Positions 19,838 to 29,796 of a stretch of 64,000 nucleotides of DNA are shown one piece after another. Numbering within the stretch: position 1 is the stretch's first letter; each line of letters starts with the position of its first letter. The notes beneath the pieces are model-generated. The model was given only the letters and a program-made list of their open reading frames with translations. It did not search any database and had not been told where the DNA came from. The stretch is taken from the NCBI GenBank assembly GCA_001778495.1, contig MFHE01000002.1, positions 17,995 to 81,994 of the forward strand, read 5' to 3'. This DNA is from Candidatus Giovannonibacteria bacterium RIFCSPHIGHO2_01_FULL_45_24. GTDB taxonomy: Bacteria; Patescibacteriota; Minisyncoccia; UBA11713; 2-01-FULL-45-33. The position numbers and the translations under genes were made by a program.

Positions 19838-20516
19838 GCTCTTTCATGATTAATTCCACAAAAAACATTGCCCAGAGCGCGGTAAAGCCAAGAAACATTA
19901 TGCCGAAACTGGCAGCCAGCAATATTGTGTTAGTGGTAAGAATCATGGACCATCCACCTATTCCACCAAGAAGAAAAGTTATGGAGAATAAGGTTTTTTT
20001 CACAGCCGTCTTTGCGTTCTTGGCCGGCATAGTAAAAAGAAAATATCCGGAGACCAAAGCCGCTGACATCCCAAGCGCGGCCACTACTATGTTAAAAGGA
20101 TACGACACGTTCCAGTGTATAATTCCATAAACATCAACGCTTGGCGCAGGGATGTGTACTGTGTGAACTGCGCCTAAAATCAATATAAACAAAGGCATGG
20201 CTATTTTGAAAAATTTAGTAAGCGCTATTTTATTCCACGATGTTAGCGTAACGAGTAATGGATTGTATATCGCGACAAAAAAAGCCAGCGTGCCTAATAT
20301 ATAAAATACGCCGTTTGCCCTTACCGTCTCGGCATTTATGAATATGGGTATTCCGTAAAAGCCGAGAGACAACGACTCTATCATGCCAAGCCGGAAGAAC
20401 ATTTTAGTATACTCGTTCCCAGTTTTTTTATACGCGCTCCGAAACCACAACCCGTACGAGAAAGTCGCCGCCATAGAATAAAAATACACCGCCGACGAAA
20501 CAGGAAAAGGATTCAT
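19812..20516 (-). CDS. polytopic membrane protein, unknown function
   Basis: About 7 hydrophobic segments. Bracketed by the 38-bp direct repeats. Confidence 0.6.
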   Translation of the reverse strand: MNPFPVSSAVYFYSMAATFSYGLWFRSAYKKTGNEYTKMFFRLGMIESLSLGFYGIPIFINAETVRANGVFYILGTLAFFVAIYNPLLVTLTSWNKIALTKFFKIAMPLFILILGAVHTVHIPAPSVDVYGIIHWNVSYPFNIVVAALGMSAALVSGYFLFTMPAKNAKTAVKKTLFSITFLLGGIGGWSMILTTNTILLAASFGIMFLGFTALWAMFFVELIMKEPHGFAGDY

Positions 20517-20519
20517 TGC

Positions 20520-20557
20520 TTTAATTATACCTCAATAATCACAGGCAAAACCATGGG
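20520..20557. repeat. 38-bp direct repeat, copy B (covers the RNase J 3' end)
   Basis: See 19800-19837. Confidence 0.95.
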
Positions 20558-22309
20558 CCGCCTTTTAGTTTTTTGGAAAAGGTAGGAGCCCAGCCGCTCG
20601 CGGACGTTGTCGCGGACGTGGGTATAATTTATGGGATGCATTTTATTCGTGGATTCTTCTACCACGCGCTTTACGAGATGCCGCGTGTGCGCAAGAAGCT
20701 CGTGGGATTCTTTGAGATAAATAAACCCTCGCGAGATTATGTCCGGTGAACCTTTTACCTGCCCGGTTTTTGAATCAACCGCCGCAATCACCACGAAAAT
20801 GCCGTCCTGTGAGAGCATCCGGCGGTCGCGCAGAACCACCTCTTGCACGTCTCCGATGCCGAGGCCGTCCACCATAACGTAAAAAGCGTCAACGGTTTTG
20901 TCGGTGATGACCACGCTGTTTTTGCCGAACTCCGCGACTTGGCCGTTGTCCATCAAAATGATACGTTCTTTGCCGATGCCTATTGGTTTCAAATTCTGAA
21001 TGTTAGCTGCGCGTTTGAAATAGAAGCCGTGGATGGGAATAATAAATTTCGGCTTGCAGATTTTAGCGACTATCGTCAGGTCGTCGCCGGGGGCGTGGCC
21101 GGATGAATGGATGTCCAGGTCGTCATTTGTGATGACAATCGCTCCTTGGCGGGTAAAGTTGTCTTTGAGGGTCTGTACGGCGCGCTCATTGCCGGGGATT
21201 ACCGAGGAAGAAAACATAATCGTGTCGCCCGGCTTAGCATGGATGTGTTTATGCTCGCGGTTCGCGATTCGCATGAGCCCGGAGTTTTCCTGCCCCTGCG
21301 CGCCGGTTGAGAGAATAAGTATTTCATTGTCTTTGTGTCTGCCTAACTCCTCAACTTGGATGAGCGTACCCGGTTTGTATTTTATGTAGCCGAGCTGTTT
21401 GGCGATTTCAAGATTGTCTTTCATGCTCCGCCCGTTGATTACGACTTTGCGCCCGATTTTTTCCGCGATTTTCACGATTTCGGCCATGCGGGTAATCATG
21501 GATGAAAATGTTGAGAGAATAATACGGCCCTTGGCTTCCAAAAAAGTTTTTTCAAGATTGGCCTCAACCAATTTTTCCGAAACAGAATGCCCCTCTATGT
21601 CCGCGTTGGTGCTGTCTAAAAACAGCGTATGGACGCCGAGCTTGGACAGCCGCTCAAATTCATGGATATTTTGAACCGTGTCTTCTTGGTCGTAATCAAG
21701 CCGGAAGTCGGCGAAATGCACCATAATGCCCGCGGGAGTATGGAACGCCACTCCGGTTGTGTCCGGCACGGTGTGGCTTACGCCGAAAAACTCGGCGGTC
21801 AAATGCTCGGAGAGCTTAACTTTGTCGCGGTTTTTTATTTCTACAAAGCGCATTTTCGGAACGTTCGGCATTTCGCTTAAGCGTTTTTGGAGGATTTCTC
21901 TGATGAGCCGCGTGCCGTAGATCGGCGGATTTCCGAGCCGCTCCAACACGTAGTGGACTGCGCCGAAATGGTCGTAGTGCCCGTGGGTTATGAGAAGCGC
22001 CCTGATGTTTTTCTTTTTTTTCTCAAGATAGCTCGTGTTAGGTATAATCCAATCCACGCCCGGGGTTTCTTCCTCGGGAAACTGTATGCCCATGTCAATG
22101 ATTACAATTTCATCATTGTATTCAAAAAACGAGCAGTTGCGACCGACTTCCTCCAGCCCGCCCAAGGGGACATAGTAAAGCGTGTCGCGCTTTAGAGCCG
22201 CGGCGTGGCCGCGAACTTCGCGGCCGGTCAGCGAGCCCTCTTTATAAAATTTGCGGTCGGAAGTTACATTTAATGTTCTGATTCTTGTTCTTGGTTGTCT
22301 TGGCGGCAT
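20525..22309 (-). CDS. rnj: ribonuclease J
   Basis: Metallo-beta-lactamase LITHGHYDHFGAV and beta-CASP/RMMBL layout. About 590 aa. Confidence 0.9.
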   Translation of the reverse strand: MPPRQPRTRIRTLNVTSDRKFYKEGSLTGREVRGHAAALKRDTLYYVPLGGLEEVGRNCSFFEYNDEIVIIDMGIQFPEEETPGVDWIIPNTSYLEKKKKNIRALLITHGHYDHFGAVHYVLERLGNPPIYGTRLIREILQKRLSEMPNVPKMRFVEIKNRDKVKLSEHLTAEFFGVSHTVPDTTGVAFHTPAGIMVHFADFRLDYDQEDTVQNIHEFERLSKLGVHTLFLDSTNADIEGHSVSEKLVEANLEKTFLEAKGRIILSTFSSMITRMAEIVKIAEKIGRKVVINGRSMKDNLEIAKQLGYIKYKPGTLIQVEELGRHKDNEILILSTGAQGQENSGLMRIANREHKHIHAKPGDTIMFSSSVIPGNERAVQTLKDNFTRQGAIVITNDDLDIHSSGHAPGDDLTIVAKICKPKFIIPIHGFYFKRAANIQNLKPIGIGKERIILMDNGQVAEFGKNSVVITDKTVDAFYVMVDGLGIGDVQEVVLRDRRMLSQDGIFVVIAAVDSKTGQVKGSPDIISRGFIYLKESHELLAHTRHLVKRVVEESTNKMHPINYTHVRDNVRERLGSYLFQKTKRRPMVLPVIIEV

Positions 22310-22358
22310 AATTTTTTATTTAATTTTTTTAATTATAATGTTAATTGATAATATTTTA

Positions 22359-22442
22359 TGGGCGAGAGAGGATTTGAACCTCCACGGGATTACTCCCACA
22401 CGGCCCTGAACCGTGTGCGTCTGCCAATTTCGCCACTCGCCC
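22359..22442 (-). tRNA. tRNA-Leu (anticodon CAG)
   Basis: Manual fold. Acceptor GGGCGAG/CTCGCCC. Anticodon arm CACGG-TTCAGGG-CCGTG. Long variable arm. T-loop TTCAAAT. No encoded CCA. Confidence 0.9.
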
Positions 22443-22446
22443 GCAT

Positions 22447-23211
22447 TTATATTTCCTGATATAAATTTTTAATTGTTAATAGCTCCTGATATTTTTCCGG
22501 ATGCGCGAGCCAATCTAGTTTTTCCGGAGAATTTTTTAAATTCAAAATCGGATATTGCGCGCCATTCTTAATCCCCAGTTCCGGAACATCCTTTAACTTT
22601 AGTTTTTTAAGTTCGGGAACGGATTTGTAATTTGGATTTTTTTCAAATTCTATCGCCTCGCCGGCCTGCCTCGCCGTCAGCCTCGTCGAGTCTAGACGGG
22701 AGTCAAGGCGGGCATCTATGACATAATAGCATCCTCCGCGCAGTTTTTTTATCGTCTCGTAATCGTATTCAACAAGACTCACCCAGTTCGCCAGAACTAA
22801 ATCTTTTTCCCCAACATTGACGGCTAGGTGGCCGAAGTTCGGCGGCGTTACGATTTTGTCGCCGGTCATCGCTTCAATAATGTAGGCCTCTTTAATATCG
22901 GCTGGATTATTTTCATATCTTTGAATCAGAAAATAAGCATATCCCTCCAAAACTTCGTAAAGGTCGGACTGCGGTCCGCGGTGGTAATGGCCGAAAGTCT
23001 TGGCGAATTCACCGCCAATTTTTTGCTGCGGTATTTCCGTAATGTCGTATCTGGCTTTTCCACCGACGATTTCAAGGTTTCTATAAACTTCGTAGAAAAC
23101 GCCGTTTTTCCCGACCGCCTCCGGATTTCTAAACACCGGCTTCATGTCAAAAACCATGCGTTTGGAAACATCGGGACTTCTCGCGCTATTTAATAAATAT
23201 TTTCCAGACAT
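22447..23211 (-). CDS. cupin-type glucose-6-phosphate isomerase (archaeal-type PGI)
   Basis: TFGHYH...YEVLEG...PPNFGHLAVNVG matches the cupin PGI metal-site pattern as I recall it from Pyrococcus PGI. Carries a 17-codon repeat insertion. Confidence 0.6.
   Translation of the reverse strand: MSGKYLLNSARSPDVSKRMVFDMKPVFRNPEAVGKNGVFYEVYRNLEIVGGKARYDITEIPQQKIGGEFAKTFGHYHRGPQSDLYEVLEGYAYFLIQRYENNPADIKEAYIIEAMTGDKIVTPPNFGHLAVNVGEKDLVLANWVSLVEYDYETIKKLRGGCYYVIDARLDSRLDSTRLTARQAGEAIEFEKNPNYKSVPELKKLKLKDVPELGIKNGAQYPILNLKNSPEKLDWLAHPEKYQELLTIKNLYQEI
22663..22713 (-). repeat. 51-bp imperfect-palindrome element, in frame in PGI
   Basis: Its reverse complement is 50/51 identical to 37642-37692. Encodes [17 protein letters not shown]. 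Confidence 0.95.
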
Positions 23212-24772
23212 ATATTCTTTCTAAATACCAATTATGAATGGTGTCAAACCGGTCTGAACCGGTGTTCACGCTTTTGATGTCTATGCCCCCCATATCGCGC
23301 GGGACCGCGTAAAGGTAAGAGGGAGAGAAAAGAAACACCGCTGGCTGGTCGCGCTTTATCTCGCGCTGGATGTTTCTGTAGAGCTCGGCGCGCTTTTCTT
23401 CGCTTTGTTCAACACGGACGTCTTCCAAAAGCTTATCCACCCGGGAATTTGCGTAAAGCGCAATGTTGTATCCCGGATGGTTCCTTTGGCTGGAATGCCA
23501 GAAGGCGAAGGGGTCGGGATTGTTGCCGACAAGCTCCTCGCCGTAAAGAAACGCGTCGTATCTTCTGGGCCCGATTACGCTTTGCTCAAGATCGCCTATG
23601 GGGAAATTTTTTACCTCAACTTTAAATCCGGCTTCGTTCCACATGTTTTTTAAAATCTCCGCAATCTCCAGAAGTTCCGCGGTCTTTGCCGTTGTGAGCG
23701 TGAAGCTGATTTCCGTCTTGCTTTTGCTGACAATGCTTTTTGCAGCGTCCGGGTCGTATAAATTATTTTCCGCGGCTTCCGGAAGCGGCCCATCAATTAT
23801 TTTCCCGCGCCCTCCAAGCACCCCGTCCAAAAGCGATTTTTTATCCACCGCGGCATTGAGCGCCTTGCGGACATCTGCGGAGGCGAACTCTTTTTTGGCC
23901 CCTTGGTTCAAAAAAACGGCGATTACGCGCTCCAGCGAAATTTCCTTAATTTCCGTCCGGCTCCCCAGCTTATCTATATTTTTCGGAGATATTGAGCCGT
24001 AAGCGTCTATCGCGCCGCTTTCCAGCCCTTTGAGCGCCGAATCTTCGTCGGGATAAAATTTCAGGAAGACAATTTTAATGTTTGGTCTGCCCAAAACGAA
24101 ATACCTATTTGCGGTAAGCGTTACGGAAACTATTGAGCCGCGCGAGTCCTTATCAATTGATTTTATTTTATAAGGTCCGGCTCCAACGGGGCTTGTGTTG
24201 AGCTCCGCCAGAGATATCTGTGACGCCGGGATTTTTTCCCAGACATGTTTCGGCAAAATGCCCAGCGTTAAATTTTCAAGAAACGGCGCATAGGCCTTGT
24301 TGAGACGGAAGCGGACCGTGCGCTCGTCTATTTTTTCGGCTTCAACGCCTTCCCAGTTGGCGCGGCGGATGCTTTGTACAAGCGGGTTTTTCGCCAGGCC
24401 GATTGTAAAAATTATATCGTCCGAGGTGAGTTTTTCGCCATCCGACCAGTAGAGTTTGTCTTTCAATGTCACTGTGTACTCCAGGCCGTCCGGGGAAGCT
24501 TCGTATTTTTCCGCGAGCGCCGGCCGTGGTTTGCCTTCACCGTCGTGGCGCAGGAGGTCAGCATAGAGCAGGGAAACCAAGTCGCGGTCGGTGTCCGATT
24601 GCGCAAGGAGCGGATTCATAAAACGCGGGCTTCCGACAACTGCTTCGCGCAGCGTCCCCCCGAAAGCCGGAGTTTCCACCCCGAATTTTTTGTTTATTTC
24701 AGTAAGTATGCCCAGAAACGACACCAGCGCTATGAGCGCGAGCACAATTAGCACAAGAATTTCAGCCCGCAT
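23186..24772 (-). CDS. ABC transporter substrate-binding protein, family 5 (peptide/nickel type)
   Basis: N-terminal anchor. Size and motifs (YEASPDGLEYTVTLKDKLYWSDGEKLTSDDIIF) are typical of SBP_bac_5. Confidence 0.75.
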   Translation of the reverse strand: MRAEILVLIVLALIALVSFLGILTEINKKFGVETPAFGGTLREAVVGSPRFMNPLLAQSDTDRDLVSLLYADLLRHDGEGKPRPALAEKYEASPDGLEYTVTLKDKLYWSDGEKLTSDDIIFTIGLAKNPLVQSIRRANWEGVEAEKIDERTVRFRLNKAYAPFLENLTLGILPKHVWEKIPASQISLAELNTSPVGAGPYKIKSIDKDSRGSIVSVTLTANRYFVLGRPNIKIVFLKFYPDEDSALKGLESGAIDAYGSISPKNIDKLGSRTEIKEISLERVIAVFLNQGAKKEFASADVRKALNAAVDKKSLLDGVLGGRGKIIDGPLPEAAENNLYDPDAAKSIVSKSKTEISFTLTTAKTAELLEIAEILKNMWNEAGFKVEVKNFPIGDLEQSVIGPRRYDAFLYGEELVGNNPDPFAFWHSSQRNHPGYNIALYANSRVDKLLEDVRVEQSEEKRAELYRNIQREIKRDQPAVFLFSPSYLYAVPRDMGGIDIKSVNTGSDRFDTIHNWYLERIYVWKIFIK

Positions 24773-24783
24773 GGGGGAGTAAT

Positions 24784-25002
24784 TTATTTGATAATCAGGG
24801 TGATAAAAGCGGTCAAAGTGAATAATACTCCGAGCACAATCGTAGCAATAAACAATCCTTTCTCCAGCCCCCTTTTTGACCTGTAAATCTGGCCGCTTCC
24901 GCCGAAAGCGGAGCCCAGGCCCACGCCTTTTTGCTGGAGCAAAATGGCCGCGACCAAGAGCGCGGAAATCATGATTTGAGCCCAGAGGAGTAAATTACGC
25001 AT
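24784..25002 (-). CDS. secG: preprotein translocase subunit SecG
   Basis: 72 aa, two TM segments, LLQQKGVGLGSAFGGSG motif. Confidence 0.85.
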   Translation of the reverse strand: MRNLLLWAQIMISALLVAAILLQQKGVGLGSAFGGSGQIYRSKRGLEKGLFIATIVLGVLFTLTAFITLIIK

Positions 25003-25031
25003 TATTTATTAAGGTTAGCATGTGGCAAGGG

Positions 25032-26315
25032 CTATGTCAACAAGCGCTTTCTGTGTAATTTTCTATAATGCGAAATCGCGAAGCGGTGGGCTTCGGAGTC
25101 CAGCATTAAAATAAAATTTTTGAGCGGTTCGGGGAGGCGCGGAAGGGGGACGGGAGACGTTTTACCATTTATAAAAATATGGTCACCAATATGTTTTTTG
25201 TTTTTGGTGAGAGCGATTATTTTACTTGGCGGTTTAACCGCCAAGGCCGCGCTAAGCTGTGCCCTGCCGCCGTCAACAATAATCACTTGCGGGTAAGGCC
25301 ATTCTTTATGTCTTAGTCGTCTGAAAATAATTTCGCGGAGCATCGCCGGGTCGTTTGAGGTTTTAATACTTCTGATTTTAAACAGCCGATAGCAATTTTT
25401 TTGAATTTTGCCGTCAGCGAAAACGGCCATAGAGCCGTAGGCGAATTGGCCATGAATATTGGCGATGTCGTAGGACTCTATTCTATTTATTGCGGGAATA
25501 TCCAAAATTGATTCCAAGGCCCTGCTGGCCTTGGCGAATTCGGTCGGAAGGTCCTGTTTAATTACTCCCCTGTGTTCAAAGATTTTTTCCAGCGCGCGGA
25601 TTTGGTCGCGGATTTTGCCGGCCTCTTCGTATTTTCTGGCGTCGGAGAGTTCGCGCATTTCTTTTTTGAGCGCGCGGGCAAGAGTTTTATTGTTGCCGGA
25701 GAGTATTTGCTTGATTGCGCGGATGTTTTTTTGGTATTTCCCCAGCGCAGAAAGATCCTGCTCTAAAAGCAGGGCTTTCTGCGCTACGCAACAATAGCCC
25801 AAACATCTCCCAATGCGCGCATTAAGGCACGGCCGCCTGTGAGGTTTTTTGCATGTGCAGTAGGGAAAAGCGCGGCGCAAGGTCTTGAGCGCCGAGCGTA
25901 AAACCCCGCCTTCAGTGAAGGGGCCGATGTAGTCGGCTTCGCGGTTTTTCTGATGCGTGATAAATATCTTTGAAAAATTTTCTTTAGAGAACCCGACATA
26001 AAAATACTGCTTATCGTCGCGCATCAGCACGTTGTATTTCGGCAGGTGTTTTTTAATGAGCCCCGCTTCGCGGATTAAGGCCTCGGTTTCGGAGTTTAAA
26101 ACCTCCCAATCCAATATTTTGGCTTTTTTTAGCAAGGCAATCAACTTGGCGGTTAAACCGCCAAGTGGCGGTTTAACCGCTTTTCCGAAATATGACCTGA
26201 TCCGCGCGCGCAGATTCGCCGCCTTTCCTATATATAGAATCTCCCCACTTTTGTTTCGGAAAAAATAAATCCCGGGCGCATTTGGCGCTTTTTTAAAGTC
26301 CTTTTTGGTGAGCAT
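25032..26315 (-). CDS. uvrC: excinuclease ABC subunit C (short form; I could not find a C-terminal (HhH)2 domain)
   Basis: GIY-YIG N-terminus (GIYFFRNKSGEILYIGKAANLRARIRSYF), a Cys cluster, a UVR domain and an RNase H-like domain. 427 aa. Confidence 0.9.
   Translation of the reverse strand: MLTKKDFKKAPNAPGIYFFRNKSGEILYIGKAANLRARIRSYFGKAVKPPLGGLTAKLIALLKKAKILDWEVLNSETEALIREAGLIKKHLPKYNVLMRDDKQYFYVGFSKENFSKIFITHQKNREADYIGPFTEGGVLRSALKTLRRAFPYCTCKKPHRRPCLNARIGRCLGYCCVAQKALLLEQDLSALGKYQKNIRAIKQILSGNNKTLARALKKEMRELSDARKYEEAGKIRDQIRALEKIFEHRGVIKQDLPTEFAKASRALESILDIPAINRIESYDIANIHGQFAYGSMAVFADGKIQKNCYRLFKIRSIKTSNDPAMLREIIFRRLRHKEWPYPQVIIVDGGRAQLSAALAVKPPSKIIALTKNKKHIGDHIFINGKTSPVPLPRLPEPLKNFILMLDSEAHRFAISHYRKLHRKRLLT
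25225..25245. repeat. REP-2-like palindrome, in frame in uvrC
   Basis: CTTGGCGGT-TTA-ACCGCCAAG. Confidence 0.8.
26145..26180. repeat. REP-2-like palindrome plus overlapping inverted half-copy, in frame in uvrC
   Basis: CTTGGCGGT-TAA-ACCGCCAAG followed by TGGCGGT-TTA-ACCGC. Confidence 0.8.
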
Positions 26316-26336
26316 GAATGGATAATAACATAACTA

Positions 26337-26387
26337 TAAAAAAGAAAGCCGCAAGCGAGATGGGATGTTTTCATCTTCGCCTGCGGC
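26337..26387 (-). terminator. Rho-independent terminator after the HTH gene
   Basis: Minus strand: GCCGCAGGCGA...TCGCTTGCGGC (10/11 bp) followed by TTTCTTTTTT. Confidence 0.6.
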
Positions 26388-26571
26388 GTTTGGCTAGTGT
26401 GAGATTGGAATGACTCATTAACCATTTCTCCACCATTTCAAGCTTAAAGCGCCATTGGCCGCCGACTTTAAAAGCCGGAATTTTTTTCTTGGCAGCGAGG
26501 CGGTAAATGGTGAATTTGTTCACCTGAAGATAGCGGGCGATTTCTTTTATGCTCTTGAGAGTTTCTTCCAT
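26371..26571 (-). CDS. excisionase-family helix-turn-helix DNA-binding protein
   Basis: IKEIARYLQVNKFTIYRLAAKKKIPAFKVGGQWRFKLEMVEKWL is an HTH_17/MerR-like pattern. Confidence 0.75.
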   Translation of the reverse strand: MEETLKSIKEIARYLQVNKFTIYRLAAKKKIPAFKVGGQWRFKLEMVEKWLMSHSNLTLAKRRRRR

Positions 26572-26576
26572 AAAGA

Positions 26577-26885
26577 TTACCTCGCTGTGCAGGGAACTCC
26601 GGTGCCAGATTTGGAGATACGAAAACCATTATTTCGACTCAAACTCGCCAAGGCGCGAAGTTGCCGTCCATCTTTTGTGCAGATGACAAACCGTCCGAAG
26701 ATCTGATTGACAAAAGGATTTTTCTGGAACTTTTCCGAGACAATCCTCCCATCTATTCCTTCCTCCGTCATCACCCAGCGACGGAGTTCTTCTTCGGACG
26801 GAGGCGTCAGCAAAGCACATCCCGGAAGCGGCAGGACAAGCCATAAAAAAAAGAACAGGAAATAGAACCACCACATTTTATTCAT
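26577..26885 (-). CDS. small putative lipoprotein
   Basis: Signal peptide ending in a lipobox-like LPGC. Confidence 0.45.
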   Translation of the reverse strand: MNKMWWFYFLFFFLWLVLPLPGCALLTPPSEEELRRWVMTEEGIDGRIVSEKFQKNPFVNQIFGRFVICTKDGRQLRALASLSRNNGFRISKSGTGVPCTAR

Positions 26886-26959
26886 TATTGACCCCCCTTT
26901 TCTTGGGCTATCCTATAATACTTGCAAGTTCTTGACAAGAGCCGTATAATTAAAACTTT

Positions 26960-29776
26960 ATGGAAGCGAAAGAGGACGGCAAAAATTTTATAAGGATTAA
27001 GGGAGCCAGGGCGCATAACCTGAAAAATATTGATTTGGATATTCCAAAAAATAAATTGGTGGTAATCACCGGCATCTCCGGTTCGGGAAAATCTTCTCTG
27101 GCTTTTGACACCGTCTACGCCGAGGCGGAGCGGAGGTTCGTTGAATCGCTTTCTTCTTACGCCCGGCAATTTTTAGGCGTGAAGGAAAAGCCAGATGTTG
27201 AATCAATTTCCGGCCTTTCGCCGGCCATCGCCATTGACCAGAAAAGCGTCACAAAAAATCCGCGCTCAACCGTGGGGACGATTACGGAGATTTATGATTA
27301 TTTAAGAATACTTTTTGCGCGCGCCGGAAGCCCGCATTGCTCAAAATGCGGCAAAAAAATAGGCAAGCAGAGCGCGGATGAAATTTTGAAGCACATTTTT
27401 AAATTGAAAAATAGTTCGCAGATAAATATTTTGGCGCCCGTGGTCAGGGGCAAAAAGGGCGAGCACAAAAGCGTTTTGGAAATGGTGCGCCGCGTAGGAT
27501 TTTTGCGGGTGCGCATTGACGGCGAAATTATGCGCTTGGACGAAGCCGAAGATAAATCTTTAGACCCGAAAAAAGCGCACAATGTCGAAGTCGTAGTGGA
27601 CAGGTTAATCATTGACAAGGAATTGGATAGGCCAAGATTAAGAGAATCGTTGGAGACTGCGCTGAAGATAGGGAAAGGGCTGGTGTTGATAAACGAGGCC
27701 ATTTTTTCCGAGCATTTTGCCTGCCCGGATTGCGGGATTTCGCTTCCGGAAATTGAGCCGCGGCTTTTTTCTTTCAATTCTCCCTATGGCGCCTGCCCGC
27801 ATTGCACCGGCTTGGGAAGCACTTTAGAAGTTGAGCCGGATTTAGTTATCCCGAATAAAAATCTGACTTTGGCGGAGGGCGCTATCCGCCCGTGGGCAAC
27901 TGCGTCTCACAAAGTCGGCAGGCAGTCATGGTATTGGTGGATTTTGTCGGACTTGGCGGAGAGGCATAAATTTTCTCTTAACACGCCATTCGGGAAGCTC
28001 CAGCCGAATATTCAAAAAATTGTTTTAAATGGAGATCCCTCTACAAGCTCGGGACAAGTTTTCGAAGGAGTAATCGAAAACTTGAAGCGCCGGTGGAAGG
28101 AAACGGAATCGGAATGGACGCGGGAGGAAATTGAAAAATATATGCGAGTGGAAGTTTGCCCGGTTTGCAAGGGCAGGCGGCTTAAGCCGGAAGCGCTGGC
28201 TGTGACTTACGCTGACAAAAATATTTCCGAGATTTCGGCGTTGACTATTGAAGAGGCAAAGAACTTTTTTACCCCGTCGCTTTCCTCAACGCCGCCCGCA
28301 GGTTTCTTCCCGCCGGGCGGCGCTTTGCGTCCGCTTCTTAAAGAAATTTCGCGCAGGCTGGAATTTCTACTGGAGGTCGGCTTGGATTATCTGACCATAG
28401 ACCGCGAATCCACCACGTTGGCAGGTGGCGAGGCGCAGAGAGTGCGGCTTGCCACCCAAATCGGTTCGTCTCTCACGGGAGTTGTTTATGTTTTGGACGA
28501 GCCCTCAATTGGGCTTCACGCCCGCGACCACGCGCGGCTGATTAAAACATTAAAAAATCTTCGTGATTTGGGGAATACGATTTTAGTTGTGGAGCACGAC
28601 GCTGAAACAATGAAAGAGGCCGATTGGATAATTGATTTGGGCCCTGGCGCGGGCAAGCACGGCGGGAAAGTTATTTTTGAAGGAGAGTACCGCGAGCTAT
28701 TGAAAGCAAAAACTTTGACAGGAGAATATTTGAGCGGGAAGAAAGAAGTTACTTCTATGCGTGTCCTTGCAAAGCCTGCGGCAAAGACCGAGCTTTTCAT
28801 ACGAGGCGCTTCCGAGCATAATCTGAAAAACATTGACGTGAAAATTCCTTTGTGCAAGATGGTTGTGGTTTCCGGCGTCTCCGGCTCCGGAAAATCCTCA
28901 CTTATCTCCGATATTTTAGCGCGCGCGCTTCTTAAATATTTTTACGGCTCAAAAGAAGAGCCAGGCAAACATAAAAAAATTGAGGGATTGGAACATATTG
29001 ATAAGGCGGTTTTAGTTGACCAGTCGCCCATAGGCCGCACGCCGCGCTCAAACCCCGCGACTTACACTGGAGTGTTTTCATTTATGCGCGAAATCTACGC
29101 GCGCACTGTGGAGGCGCGTGCGAGGGGATACAAATCCGGCCGGTTTTCATTCAACGTAAAAGGCGGAAGGTGCGAGGTTTGCGAAGGGCAGGGAGTGAAA
29201 AAAATAGAAATGTATTTTTTGCCGGACATTTACGCGGAGTGCGAGGAGTGCCACGGAAAAAGATACAGTAAAGAAGCGCTTGAGATTTTATACCAGAATA
29301 AAAACATCGCCGATGTTCTGGATTTCTCCATTGAAGAAGCGCATAAATTTTTCAAAGACATTCCGCAGATTGAGCAGCGCTTGAAAACCTTGGTAGACGT
29401 CGGGTTGGGATATATGAAGCTTGGCCAGCCCGCGACGACGCTTTCGGGAGGCGAAGCGCAGAGAGTGAAGCTCGCGTTTGAACTTTCTAAAAAAGCGACG
29501 GGCAGGACCCTTTATATTTTAGATGAACCAACAACCGGCCTCCATTTTGACGATATTCAAAAATTATTAAATATTCTCCGCGCCTTGGTGGACAAGGGCA
29601 ACAGCGTCGTGGTGATTGAGCATAATATGGACGTCTTAAAAAACGCCGATTGGATAATTGACCTCGGTCCGGACGGAGGAGGCAACGGCGGCGAAATTAT
29701 CGCCGAAGGCGCGCCCAAAGAAATCGCGGCGCACAAAAAATCATACACCGGGGCGTGGTTAAGGAAGGTTATTTAG
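26960..29776 (+). CDS. uvrA: excinuclease ABC subunit A
   Basis: Two ABC ATPase modules ([18 protein letters not shown]), zinc-finger cysteines and LSGGEAQR signatures. Confidence 0.98.
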   Translation: MEAKEDGKNFIRIKGARAHNLKNIDLDIPKNKLVVITGISGSGKSSLAFDTVYAEAERRFVESLSSYARQFLGVKEKPDVESISGLSPAIAIDQKSVTKNPRSTVGTITEIYDYLRILFARAGSPHCSKCGKKIGKQSADEILKHIFKLKNSSQINILAPVVRGKKGEHKSVLEMVRRVGFLRVRIDGEIMRLDEAEDKSLDPKKAHNVEVVVDRLIIDKELDRPRLRESLETALKIGKGLVLINEAIFSEHFACPDCGISLPEIEPRLFSFNSPYGACPHCTGLGSTLEVEPDLVIPNKNLTLAEGAIRPWATASHKVGRQSWYWWILSDLAERHKFSLNTPFGKLQPNIQKIVLNGDPSTSSGQVFEGVIENLKRRWKETESEWTREEIEKYMRVEVCPVCKGRRLKPEALAVTYADKNISEISALTIEEAKNFFTPSLSSTPPAGFFPPGGALRPLLKEISRRLEFLLEVGLDYLTIDRESTTLAGGEAQRVRLATQIGSSLTGVVYVLDEPSIGLHARDHARLIKTLKNLRDLGNTILVVEHDAETMKEADWIIDLGPGAGKHGGKVIFEGEYRELLKAKTLTGEYLSGKKEVTSMRVLAKPAAKTELFIRGASEHNLKNIDVKIPLCKMVVVSGVSGSGKSSLISDILARALLKYFYGSKEEPGKHKKIEGLEHIDKAVLVDQSPIGRTPRSNPATYTGVFSFMREIYARTVEARARGYKSGRFSFNVKGGRCEVCEGQGVKKIEMYFLPDIYAECEECHGKRYSKEALEILYQNKNIADVLDFSIEEAHKFFKDIPQIEQRLKTLVDVGLGYMKLGQPATTLSGGEAQRVKLAFELSKKATGRTLYILDEPTTGLHFDDIQKLLNILRALVDKGNSVVVIEHNMDVLKNADWIIDLGPDGGGNGGEIIAEGAPKEIAAHKKSYTGAWLRKVI

Positions 29777-29796
29777 CGATTTTGTGGTAATTTACC

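Noticed and set aside
28290-28322. GC-rich hairpin CGCCGCCCG-N15-CGGGCGGCG inside uvrA
   Set aside because: 9-bp arms with a flexible loop are expected a few times by chance. I saw no second copy. The region corresponds to a variable linker in UvrA anyway.
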